Assembly: GCA_032718475.1 (NCBI GenBank)
Contig: JAUCBJ010008329.1
Location: 1-53,540, forward strand
Direction of reading: 5' to 3'
DNA from: Nemertoderma westbladi
Taxonomy: Eukaryota > Animalia > Xenacoelomorpha
Length of the DNA stretch: 53,540 nucleotides
A program made the translations under genes and the position numbers. The notes beneath the pieces are model-generated. The model did no database searches. It was not told the DNA's origin and saw only the letters and a list, made by a program, of their open reading frames with translations. Shown in pieces: positions 21,481-33,050 of this stretch (position 1 is the stretch's first letter; each line of letters opens with the position of its first letter).

Positions 21481-23977
21481 CCGTAATTCGGGGTGACTTG
21501 ATACAGTTTTTGCCTTTAACTGTGAATATCTTCTGAAGTTTTTATCCTACACAGATGGAATAAAAAGAAAATTTTATAGTCGGGATGAGTACTACAGTCC
21601 CAATCCCAATAAACATTAACTTGGTCATTTTGGCGGCCAAAATTACCAAAATGGCCAAGTAAAAACTGCGGTATTCATGAAAGGAACTGCTGAGGCACGT
21701 TGGCTTGTCAATCACAGCCAGTGAATACAGGCTGAGTGTAGGTAAAGCCCAGCATGTTGGCGCTGAGGTAGAGTTCTGAGGTAGAGTTCTCTCTACCTTT
21801 AGGTAGAGAGAAAGGCTCCAGTGTAGTAATGGCTGGGCTCGCCACTGTAGTAAACATGCCTGTAAGAGTGCAGTGTGAGGCGCCCGCCCTAACTTATTAT
21901 TTTCTACATATTTTTTACTAATCTAATAATTAACACACCTTTACCTGTCACTTAGGTTATAAGCAGTGTGCTAGCACTTGCAGCGTAATAATTAATTATT
22001 TACTTTAATTATATTCGATTGGTAATAAAAATAACAAGTTCATATATTTAATTTGTAAAAATTCTTTAAAATATGAGAAAAGTATTTACATAGATTTTTC
22101 TTTATTTAGCTGTTTAGTACGCTATAATATAAATGCTCTCATAAATACAGTTAGGGGGGTGGGGGGGGGGGGGGGGGGGCTGGACGCTATAAAAATTCAT
22201 CACTCTATCACTGTAATGTTCATTTATGTTTAATTTATTGTTTTGGTTAAAATATCGTGCCACTGTAACCTGCTCCTTTCCCTAAATTGAGAATTTAACA
22301 TTGAGGCGGGATATTAATTCGCCAAGGCGAGTTTTGCGTCCAGTTCCCCCCCTGTCTCGATAAATAATAATTTCATCATCATAAATTCACCCAAATATGC
22401 CGACTCTGTTGACTGTTAGCACAGAGCCAGAGCCTGATATTATAATGTTTTCAGTTACTAGCACCCTCGAATTCAGACCCAGCTACTAGAAATAGGCCGC
22501 GCCGCTTAATCTGAATTTCATCAGTATACCGAACTCGTTCGAGACTGAGTGTCGCTATTTAATAGCTACCTCTCGCCCTGTCACAGACCCAGCTTCTAAC
22601 TATAAAACTATAATTAGGACGCCTTCATACAGAACACGTTGCCATTTCATAATGACTCTAAACTGAAGCTACACAAAGGAAAAGGTGAGAAGTGATTATC
22701 TAATAATAACACACAAAATCCGATTATTATACATACTCCTCCTTTTAACAAAGCCGCATTCAACTAACTCCCTTATTACGTATTAGCCTGTGCTGTATCA
22801 ATGCCTCAGTGGGTGGTCTCTACTACAACTGAAAGGCCCGACTCAGCTCCAGGTAAGTTAACAATCTGTCAATAATAAAAATTAAAGCGAGCCGACATTT
22901 AGTCAGAGCAACCAAATGGATGTCCAAGGAGACGGGCTGTCTGGACTTGACTGAGTCGAGTTAAATCGCTTCGCCAAAACGACCAAGTAGCCCATAGGAA
23001 TACACTACATTTTTTTTGGCGATTTTGGTCATTTTGGCCGCCAAAACGACCAAGTTAATGTTTATTGGGATTGGGACTGTACACCACTAGACTACAGCAC
23101 TATTTCAGGTACTTAGTCTAGTGGTGTTTTTTTCGTAAAAACCAGCTGTATCAAGTCACCCCACATAACGGGGTGACTTGATACACAAGCAAATTTTCCG
23201 CAATAATACCACTCTGTGAATGAGTTTGGATCATGTTGTAGGCCTTGGGGGTGACTTGATACATCTTGGAAATTTAAAAAAAAGAACGAAGTCCCCACCT
23301 AACGGGGATATAAAATTATGGCTAAAATTAAAAATAACTCCATTTTTTATGGCAAAATATTTCATATTTAACAAGTTAAATTGCATTTTAAAAACGAAAA
23401 ACACCTTCATTGTATAGTGACATCCTGAAACCAGTAAGTAAGACAAAACATTTTAGAAAAAACTGGAAACTAAAACAATGAATTTAAGCACAAATTTTGC
23501 AAAATCAACGTTTAAGTCACAGTAGTCACAGGTATCAGAACATTTTCGCCTCCAATATACCGTATATATGTATCAAGTCACCCCATTTTGAGACACACTT
23601 TCAAAAAACGGGCACTCCACCCCCAATTCCTATGAAAATTTGTAAATTTTTTTTAGGATCATAATATTCAAACTCATCTATTAGCATCTGTAAAAATAAT
23701 TTTTGAACAACATTAACCCAAAGTGTCAAAAATTCGACCTATATTTTGACATTGAAAAAAAGTGAATTTTTCAACAATGCATTCTTGGTTCTAGTGATCA
23801 CAAATGCGAAGCAATGACAAAATTTATTTTACTATTTGATAGACAATTTATTCAGACATCTTCTAATATTTCAATTTTTATCATAACATCACGCAATCAC
23901 CCACAATCCGTTAAAGAAAAAAAGTATAACTTGCTGTATCAAGTCACCTCAATGTATCAAGTCACCCCGAATTACGG
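21481..23977. mobile_element. Non-autonomous pogo/Tc1-mariner-like element inside Academ
   Basis: 24-bp TIR CCGTAATTCGGGGTGACTTGATAC, TA TSD and multiple internal GTATCAAGTCACC binding-site repeats. Confidence 0.92.
21595..23079. mobile_element. Non-autonomous TA-TSD (Tc1/mariner-like) element nested in the pogo-like element
   Basis: ~60-bp TIR starting CAGTCCCAATCCCAATAAACATTAACTTGGTC, flanked by TA on both sides. Confidence 0.9.
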
Positions 23978-25404
23978 TACTTTTTATTTTAGAAATCTTC
24001 TATGCGCTTTTAGCTATTGTTATGTAAAAAAATGATGTTCTAGAACACATATTTTTTGTTTTAGAACATTGTTGTTTAAATTGACTAATTTTATGAGAAA
24101 TTATTTGTTATGTGTATTACATTGTTTAATTACCTATAAACATTAAACGCTACCGATTTCAATGCTTGCTAGCGATTTTGAAAGTTAGCTATTATATTTT
24201 GAAAAAGCAACTAAGAACTAGCTACTACAAAACTAAATAACGTTTTTATGGGTACACATACTATCTACATATTTTTTTACTAGCTATTTTTAAGCAGTTT
24301 TTTTTGCATATGACAATGCTCTAGAACATGTCCCGCGGCAAAAAAATATATTAATTTTTTTATGGGATCTAGTATATTTTTTGTCTAGCTAGTGTTTTAA
24401 GAAAAATTTACTACCTATTTTTAAGCGCAGTTTTATTTTTTTCAAAAAATAAAAGATGCAGTATGACATTCTAGAATATTTTGTTACTTGCAAAGTAAAA
24501 AACTGTCTCTAAACAATAACACAAATTGAAAAGAGTAAATGAAAAGATGGAAGAAATCCATTCATGGAGATAATAAAGCAATAACATCAACCTACCCTGT
24601 TGATTAAATCATACTGTTTAAATATTTATATGGTTAAATATAAATATCTTGAAACATGGTAACAATGGTTTATGTTATAAAAATGCAGTATTATACGGAA
24701 CTGTGACCCAAAGTAGTAGGCCTACCCAACTCAAAATTTGGTATATATAAATATTATTATATCGTACTTTTGAAATATGGAACACAGGAACATACAGTAA
24801 AATCCACTCTAATCTACTTTGCTAAGGTACTTCTGCACTTTATTATCTGTACTATCCCTTACGGTATCGATTATGAGACGGGTACAATAAAAAGAGATGC
24901 ACAGTACAGTAGAAAGGAGCTAAACTGGAAATAACAAATATAGTTACCGTAGAAACATCAGCTGAATATTATAATCGCTGAAATTTCTAATCTTTGATAA
25001 TTATGTTAACACTTCAACATGTCAGGTTAGGACATAAATATCAGCCCAATTCTTGTAACTAATGGTATAATTAAAGGCGATTGAAATCGCAACACTAAAC
25101 TTTAATGCCGTCTCCATAGCAACAGGATCTAAAAATCAGACAAAAAAGATTGGCAATTTTTCGTAAATGAACTAAATTGACTTTGTAGAAGATTTTAATC
25201 AATTATGACGTGCTGTTTTGCAGTTGCTATGCATTAAATGAGAATTAAGTGGTCCTTAGCAACTAGGTCGTTATTTCAAAATGCCCAAAGTCAAAAATGT
25301 TATAATCGCCATTTCCTTATTAAGTGGGACCTATAGAACTCAAAACATCAAAAAAATTAAATCCGTCCAAAAAATTTCGGTATATCTTTGTGGCTGCCGG
25401 ACTA

Positions 25405-25700
25405 CTCCAATCGATCCTCGCATCTGAACTAGGGATATTCATTCGTGCCTCTAAACATTTTAGAACATTCTAATATATGCCTCGTCTTGCTATTTTTGCC
25501 GATGGGGGTCTGGTGTCTTCTAATTAAAAATATCTGACTACAGTTACATTCTTGCCTTTTGTATTTACCTACTGTTAGTTCTCTTTTTTATATTATTATT
25601 ATTTTTTTTTATTTCCTAGTTTGGTAATTTTTCTGGGGGTCCCCCTACCATGTCCAAGGATGAAGTGTAAGGCGAAAATATAGATTATAAAGCATATTTC
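25405..25700 (+). mobile_element. CR1-group LINE part 3 (last codons of ORF2 and 3' UTR)
   Basis: Removing Academ gives LLHGHNVLPSL/QSILASELGIFIRASKHF*, a typical CR1-group terminus. Confidence 0.7.
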
Positions 25701-28700
25701 CTCAAAACCATATACAAATTATCTATCGATACATTAGGTGATTATAATTTTTTGTACTTGTACGAAGAGGATTAGTTTTGTGGAGTATTATATTTGACTT
25801 ATACATTTGCAGTTTTATGATATGCTATATACCATTAAAACCATCTAAAACATTTTTTGTACAACTTCCAGTGCCACTATTGCATTTTTAGTACTTTACT
25901 ATTATAGTTGACTGTAGGCCCTATAATTGTTTTTAAATTACACAGAAAAATTTTTTTTAAGAATATTGTACAATTTCAATGTTTTTCTATCACGCCAGGT
26001 ATGATGCCGGGGACCTAGTTTTTATTTTTCATTTTTAAATAGAAAATTGTTTTAACTCTTTCCATAGAAAAGGCGTTAAAGAGTCAACTACATTACAGTC
26101 ACACCTTTTACATTATTTTAACTCCAATCATTTTACATTGTTTTCACCACAAATTTAGCTATTTAATTTTTACATTGCGATTACATTTAAACCTATCTGT
26201 AATAAAATATATTTTACTAATAGGTAGGCCTACAAAGTGTGTTATGGTACATAGATAGTACCACCGCCCACAACCGTTTTATACTAGCTAGTTGTCAATT
26301 CTTTCAAAATTTGGGATAAGCATGGGTACGGTACGCAAGGTGTACCATGCCATTATAGCAAAATCCAAAAGATGAGACCAGAAAATCTAAACCTATAAAA
26401 ATAAAATTATCTCTGTCTGTCTGTCTCTCTGTTCTGACTTGGTATGAGTGTATAACTTTAACCAGTGGTCGATATAGGCTGCTTTTCGAAAAGTTTAAAA
26501 CACATCTGGTACAGGTACCGGGTACCGGTGTATAACGGTAAGGCCTACCGATACCCCAGTAGGCCTATACCGCACCGGTAGCGGGAAATATCGGGTAATC
26601 CACCTCAGGTATTGCTTGCTAGTATATTATAAATGTCATATTAAAATCTTACTGTGTACATACCATAAAACTAATGCCAAACGTGTAAAATGTAAATTTT
26701 ATAATCAAATTATTGTTAATATGATGTATCTTTACGATACACTGCTTGTAGGAACTGCGTATCATATGATTAGGGTTGGGGCCATCTGAAAAAAAAATTC
26801 TACAGGGGTGTTTCTAAGGCGAAATTTTATGTAGAATACGAATATGCCAAAATTTTCAAAATAGGACCACAACTTAGGCTGGAACTCACCAGATTTTAAA
26901 TTACAGAATTTATGCAGTCAGCGGTAGGTCCATTTACACCCATTACATGCAGTACATACAGCAGTACACCTGCAGTACAGCAGTACATACATACTGTTTA
27001 AATAGCAATCTGGTTGCTAGGCAGCCGTCAAATACAGCTGGTGGTGGTTGTACAATTGTTTTTTAAATTTCCCCCGTTTCTGTAATTACTGTTTTTAATT
27101 GTTTGTTATAGTGCCTATAATTGTGTTTGTATTTCTGAAGGTTTTTATGATTTTGTGAATAAATGAGGCTTGTATTTACACCCATGGGAACAACCTTCAG
27201 CACATTGGCACTGGTTGTATACTTCTTAAAAAGTAATAAAATACTGAAATGCTAAATATTATTGCTGCTGCTGATATAAATAAGTACTGCACCATAGATA
27301 TATTATTAGGCCTACCAGTACCTACTGATAGCTGCCACTACCTACCGGTATGTTATAATTAGCATTTTTTTGTACTCATAGCGATTTGATTTCATTGATA
27401 TATTATTATATTGTCAAGCTATGAATGATATAAGAAGTCGCAGCTGTTTATGTCCGAAAGGAGTTAGTGGGAACCATATATTTGGAAGAAAATGAATACA
27501 CTAGAACATGACGTCTTCCTACAGGCCTATATTTGGTTGGACGGATGTTGGCATTGTGTAAAAGTGGAAGTTCGGTAAGTCGCATTGAAGCAAGTGAGAT
27601 TGTGGCAGGGGAGGTCAGAATGGACTGGATTTCTAAGAATGTCTACCCTGTGAGCTTGAGATCGGTTGCTAAGAGAATTAAGGGAGACTATGAACTATTC
27701 AAAAATTTGTGTAAAGTTGCAAATCGCCCCAATGAAAAGCTACCGTCATTTTTAACCAAAGTCGGAAATTTCAATGAAAGAATGACTAAGAATGCTTATG
27801 ACATTCGCTGTGTGGATTATAATTATCAAAAAGTACTTGAAGATGAATATGGTGTGAAGATGTCAGATCAAGATCAGATGTTCTACATAGACAACTGTAA
27901 AGGCAGATATGTTGCTCACTGCATAAATTCTGTCCCAAGAAATTGGTTAAAACAGCAAAAGAGGAAAGAGCAAAGACAACAATCAGAGCTGAAAAGAAAG
28001 CAAGATTTTGTGGATCAAGAACTGATGCTAGCAGAACTTAATAAGGCTGAAATACAAGAAGCTTTAGCAGAGTCCACTGAGGATTCTGACCGTGACCCAG
28101 ATGCTCAAGTTGAAACCAACAAATTCAAAGGTGACTATAGATCACAGTGTCAACAGAGTTTACGATCTCGTATTGAAAATGATACTAAGAATGCGTTTCC
28201 GAAGGTCAAAGTTCGTGACAGTAAGAAATCTTTCAATGAGTCACTCATTCGATGTCTAGTTCAGTGTCAGGCGAAGTTCAAAGTTACAACTAATGATCTT
28301 CTGGGCATTTCGATGGCTCTTGCAAATACTGTTTTTGGTCAATAATGGGGAATGTCTCCAGATGTTGAGGATAATGAGTCAGATAGTAGTGAAGATGACG
28401 ATTATGATGAATGTGATAACATTGGGAAGCGCCATCGAAAGTGTGTAGATTATTCCTACATTTTGCCTAGCCGAAGGTCAATTTTAAACTATCTTGAAGA
28501 TGCTTCATATCTAAACTTAGAAGTGGTTGCACGTCATTTGCTTGGAAAACAAGATGATGATGCTGTCACAATAGGAATTGATGATACAACAAAGGCTGCA
28601 GGTCACAAGGTGTTCAATATTAAAACAGATTATATTACAATTGCTGGACCCTCAACTAATCGAGAAACATATACCACTGGTTATATCGAGAATCTCTCTC

Positions 28701-29925
28701 ATTCAGGGGAAGATGCTGCTAAAGCATACGAATTCAAACTGACATGCCTTGCCCTATTGACAGATAGTTCTGTTGAAGAAATTATGGAGCATGTCGACTT
28801 TTGGATGAGTGATCGTGGCAGTGATTGTAAAACAATGCTGGAAACGTTGGGTGTAGAGAAAGAAAAAACTTTGAAATGTTGTGCTCACGTCATCCTTGGA
28901 GTAGACAATGCAATAGAAAAGGTGCTGAAAGATACTGAATGACGAATTGGTATTGATAAACTGATCGAATGTGGAAACATTGTGAGAAATAGTTCTTCCA
29001 GTATTTTGACCCTTGGTTTAATTGCAATAGCAAAACTGTTGTCACCAAGTCATTCAGCACATTCTGTTTCTTTATACAATGACTTTGTGCACTGGTTGGA
29101 AGTAAATGAACTAGAACATGCTGGTTTCAAGGGCTTTGTTTCAAATCGATTTGGTTGCATTGCTGAACTAGCGAAATTATATCTGAGACATCAGCATGAT
29201 ATACAGACTTTCTTTGATACAGTTGTCGATTATAATTCTAACAAGCTAGTTTTAGCAGTATCCACTTTTCTAAAAAACGACTGGTTTCAATGTGCTGTCG
29301 AAGTTTACTCATTAATCGGTGAGATAGTGATATTTCCTATTATGACATTCCTGGTAATTGACAAAAAATCTCAGTCTAGTAATTGGTCTGCTTCAAAGGT
29401 GTTTTTCAAAGATATGATAGCTAAACTCGCAACTCTGAGAGAACGATTTGGGAGTAAGATAACTGGAAAGGCGCAATTAATAGGATCAGTGCTTGAGGAA
29501 GTGAACGATGCCTTTAATCGACAACTTAGTCAGGTAGACTACTTTTTTAACGATGAGACAACTATGGATACTGAAAAATTGAGTCATGCACCTTTGACTA
29601 ACTTGGGTTGTGAATCGCGTTTTGCAACTCTGGACAATCAGCTGAAAGTTTCTGGAGGGATGACTACAGTAAAAACTCACTCCCGTAAATCAATTGTCGC
29701 AACAAACAAGTTCCTAGAGAAAGATGATAGTTTATTCAACTTAGCGAGGTTGAAAAACGAAAAAAATGGAAATGGGCTAGAAGCAGCGAAGCAGTGAAAA
29801 AAACAAAAAAAGTAGAAACGGAATTCCTGATGAAAGTTAAAATGAGTAAGGCATTGGCACTAAAAAAGAAAGGAGAACTCAAGCAACAGAAGATGAAACG
29901 ACTGCAGCTGGTTTTGGAGGATTGT

Positions 29926-31366
29926 TTTCAATGTTTCAATGTTTATTTTTACCCTTCAAATAATAATTCAAAATAACAATAACTCAGTATAAAATAGAAA
30001 TTAACATGAATACATACTATATATGGTAAGTTCTATATAAATGGGTACTGGAGAACAGCCAAATAGCAGGGCTAGTAAACGGCTGCCCACCAGTAGGATG
30101 GGATTATATAAAATGTAAATATATGTAACATTTGATAGAATGGATGTAGTAAGTAGTGGTTTGAAGTAATATTATACTGTAGGGTGTTGCAGATGCAGAA
30201 TAGAGAGGTGAAGAAGAAGATGGCATATAGATAGATAGATAATGTAGGTAAGGTAGAGTAGAAAGTAGATAGATAATGTAGGTAAGGTAGAGTAGAAAGT
30301 AGATAGATAAGAATAGGAAGGATAGGGACTATGTATTAGGAGTGCTAATTTAGCGATAGATTTATGGTAATTAGTAGGGGCAGACTGCGATTTTTTAACA
30401 TTTTTTGTTTATACTGTAGGTCTATATATATAATTGTATTTAGTAATACATAAATTTAATTTGGCGAATGACAACGAGTTATTTTAATAGATGGAGATTT
30501 AAACAGCAAATATTTTAGTAGACGAATTTGTAGTATAATTAAAGGGTTAAAGTTTAAAACATGGCCCCGTGCCTGGGTATTGTTCATGTAACCTCAAAGA
30601 GAGGAAAACGTGGCCCCGCGCCCGGGTATTATACATGTAACCTCAAAGAGAGAAAAAAGAAAACGTGGCCCCGCGCCCGGGTAATATTCTTGTAACCTCA
30701 AAGAGAGGAAAACGTGGCCCCGCGCCCGGGTAATGTTCATGTAACCTCAAAGAGAGGAAAACGTGGCCCCGCGCCCGGGTAATATACATGTAACCTCAAA
30801 GAGAGGAAAACATGGCCCCGTGCCCGGGTATTGTTCATGTAACCTCAAAGAGAGGAAAACGTGGCCCCGCGCCCGGGTAATATTCTTGTAACCTCAAAGA
30901 GAGGAAAACGTGGCCCCGCGCCCGGGTATTATACATGTAACTGCAAAGAGAGGAAAACGTGGCCCCGCGCCCGGGTATTGTTCATGTAACCTCAAAGAGA
31001 GGAAAACGTGGCCCCGCGCCCGGGTATTATACATGTAACTGCAAAGAGAGGAAAACGTGGCCCCGCGCCCGGGTATTATACATGTAACCTCAAAGAGAGG
31101 AAACATGGCCCCGTGCCCGGGTATTGTTCATGTAACCTCAAAGAGAGGAAAACGTAGCCCCGCGCCCGGGTATTGTTCAAGTAACCTCAAAGAGAGGAAA
31201 ACGTGGCCCCGCGCCCGGGTAATGTTCGTTTAACCTCAAAGAGAGGAAAACATGGCCCCGCGCCCGGGTATTATACATGTAACCTCAAAGAGAGGAAAAC
31301 ATGGCCCCGTGCCCGGGTATTGTTCATGTAACCTCAAGAGAGGAAAACGTGGCCCCGCGCCCGGGT
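29926..31366 (-). mobile_element. Non-coding retroposon insertion: 5' VNTR, unique body and AATAAA(CATTGAAA)2 tail
   Basis: It interrupts the transposase exactly and is flanked by ATTGT on both sides. The minus-strand 3' end reads AAAATAAACATTGAAACATTGAAA. Confidence 0.7.
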
Positions 31367-31371
31367 ATTGT
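30557..31371. repeat. 49-bp GC-cored tandem repeat, ~16.5 copies
   Basis: Unit AAAACGTGGCCCCGCGCCCGGGTATTGTTCATGTAACCTCAAAGAGAGG. Confidence 0.97.
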
Positions 31372-32554
31372 AAAAGACACCAAGGGCCAGTCACTTCTTC
31401 CTCTATAGAACTTCTGGATAAACTGAACGAAAAGCAACTTCTGGTTGAGATTGCATATTTACGCTTGACTGTAGCTCCGGATATCCGACAGAAACGCCGT
31501 GTAAAGCAGACCGATGGGAAATACAAATTCCAGAACTTTAATTTAATAGACCTCATGGCCGAAATCAAGATGGTGTTGAAGCCAGAATACAAAAAAACGG
31601 AAAACATAGAACAGTTGTTGATAACTGCCTTGTATAGGAATGATTCTTGAATATACTGTCTCTGTATGTCCCTTGTGTGGCAATGCAAACGCATCTCATG
31701 CTGCCCCACAACGTGTTTTGGTTTAATTGTAGGCCATGTGTGTATATGTGCTTTAATAAAATGCATTTTCCTATGCAATAAATGTATGAATCGTTTCAAC
31801 TATCGTTATTTCTTCATTGATATCTCTTAAAATCTGCAGAATTTTCTTTATTTTTTTTAAATTTATTTACATTTTAGCGGTCACATCAAAATGCCCCCAG
31901 TTCCGGCATAAAATGATGTCATATGATGATGCACTGCGTTTAAATTGATTTTATCTGAATGTCCGATGTAAATCCTATTTCATTATTGTGAAACTTCAAT
32001 TGAGAAACTTCCATTATGCTGCCTTTATTATACTTCTTGTCAAACTCCATCCTCAATGTAAATAACTACCACTAAATTCTATAATAAGATATCTCGCCGT
32101 AACTTACCGGTTACCTCGGATTCAAGCGACAGCAAACTTGAATCAGGGGAGGAAGATAGAGATTTTGTAACCAATGACAGTGCAAAAATGTTTGACACCC
32201 AGCAAAACTATATAAGCAAAAATATAGGATTATATAAAATATAATATAAGGAAAAAAATTGAAATTTTTTGGATTTATTTTATTAATTGTTTTCTTGAAT
32301 GTAACTATAACATTTTTATTCTAGAACACTTTTGAGTTGTTTTTATATTGTTTTAGATAGTTTTGTTTCATAATAGTGGCTTTAGATATGTGTAGAAACA
32401 ATCCCCGTATTGATAAACATTCTAATGATTTAAACATTTTAGAACTATCTGAAAATTTAAAAACAAGGGTCAGTGCGATCAAATTTGCTAAATCTTGTGG
32501 TTGTTACCCTCAAATAAATCTATCCAAACTAATGATAAATACGTAATGTAACTA

Positions 32555-32633
32555 GGGGCCGTCCAAGTATGACGTCAGCACTTTAGGGGGGGGGGGGAGG
32601 GGGTTGGGAAAATCGTCATACTTGGACGGCCCC
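32555..32633. mobile_element. 79-bp PIF/Harbinger-like mini-MITE
   Basis: Perfect 20-bp TIR GGGGCCGTCCAAGTATGACG, 3-bp TSD CTA and a poly-G core. Confidence 0.85.
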
Positions 32634-33050
32634 CTAGCTAATAAATGAAGAAGTAGTTAATAAACATAAACAAAAAACAAAATATAGTACAGAAAATGTC
32701 ATACTAGAATTTTCAATTTTTGCTGATACATACAATAGTAATGCCGTTCGAGGAACGGCCGACCACACAAATTTAAATTTAAATTTTTAAATTTAAAAAA
32801 TACGGTATTTTTTCGATTTTTATTATTGGTAATTATTAGTAGATATGTTGTTGTTATGGTAGCTAGTGTTTTTTTTACTTAGCTAGTATTTTTGAAACTA
32901 TAAAAATGTAAAAATGTTAAAACATTTGGCAACAAATTATTATAAGTTGAAATCTGTTTTTTTTTAATTACTAGCTAATTTAAAATTAAAAAATAACTAT
33001 CCACATGTTCTAGAACATTATATTTTTTATTTTATATATGTTCTATAATA

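Larger units (their letters stand above)
17478..25404 (-). mobile_element. AcademX DNA transposon with nested insertions
   Basis: TAG...CTA termini (TAGTCCGGCAGCCAC / GTGGCTGCCGGACTA), several hundred bp of imperfect TIR, 3-bp TSD CTC and an XPG-like coding region. Confidence 0.92.
27421..31650 (+). pseudogene. DDE transposase with a CxxH motif (hATm/hATx-like), coding 27421-29925 plus 31372-31650
   Basis: IGIDDTTK, WMSDRGS, CCAH and TNLGCESRF. In-frame stops at ~28343 and ~28940 and a frameshift near 29750. The frame is restored across the insertion (VLEDC/KRHQGPVTS). Confidence 0.75.
26778..31898 (+). mobile_element. Divergent hAT-related DNA transposon (ends tentative)
   Basis: Contains a long transposase pseudogene. 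The candidate ends are weak: GGGGCCATCT versus AAATGCCCCC, with no clean TSD. Confidence 0.45.

Noticed and set aside
22153-22179. Poly-G/C tracts as functional G-quadruplexes (also 757-862, 1434-1449, 32586-32603, 39293-39326)
   Set aside because: They are homopolymers inside TEs with unreliable lengths, and there is no independent evidence of function.
30557-31371. CRISPR-like array (also considered for 6233-7397 and 4500-4746)
   Set aside because: The units are contiguous with no unique spacers, there are no cas genes, and the context is eukaryotic.
26778-31898. Sola2 assignment from GGG termini and a GGTT/AGTT flank
   Set aside because: The protein has DDE plus CxxH motifs rather than Sola-type DDD motifs, and the TIR/TSD match is too weak.
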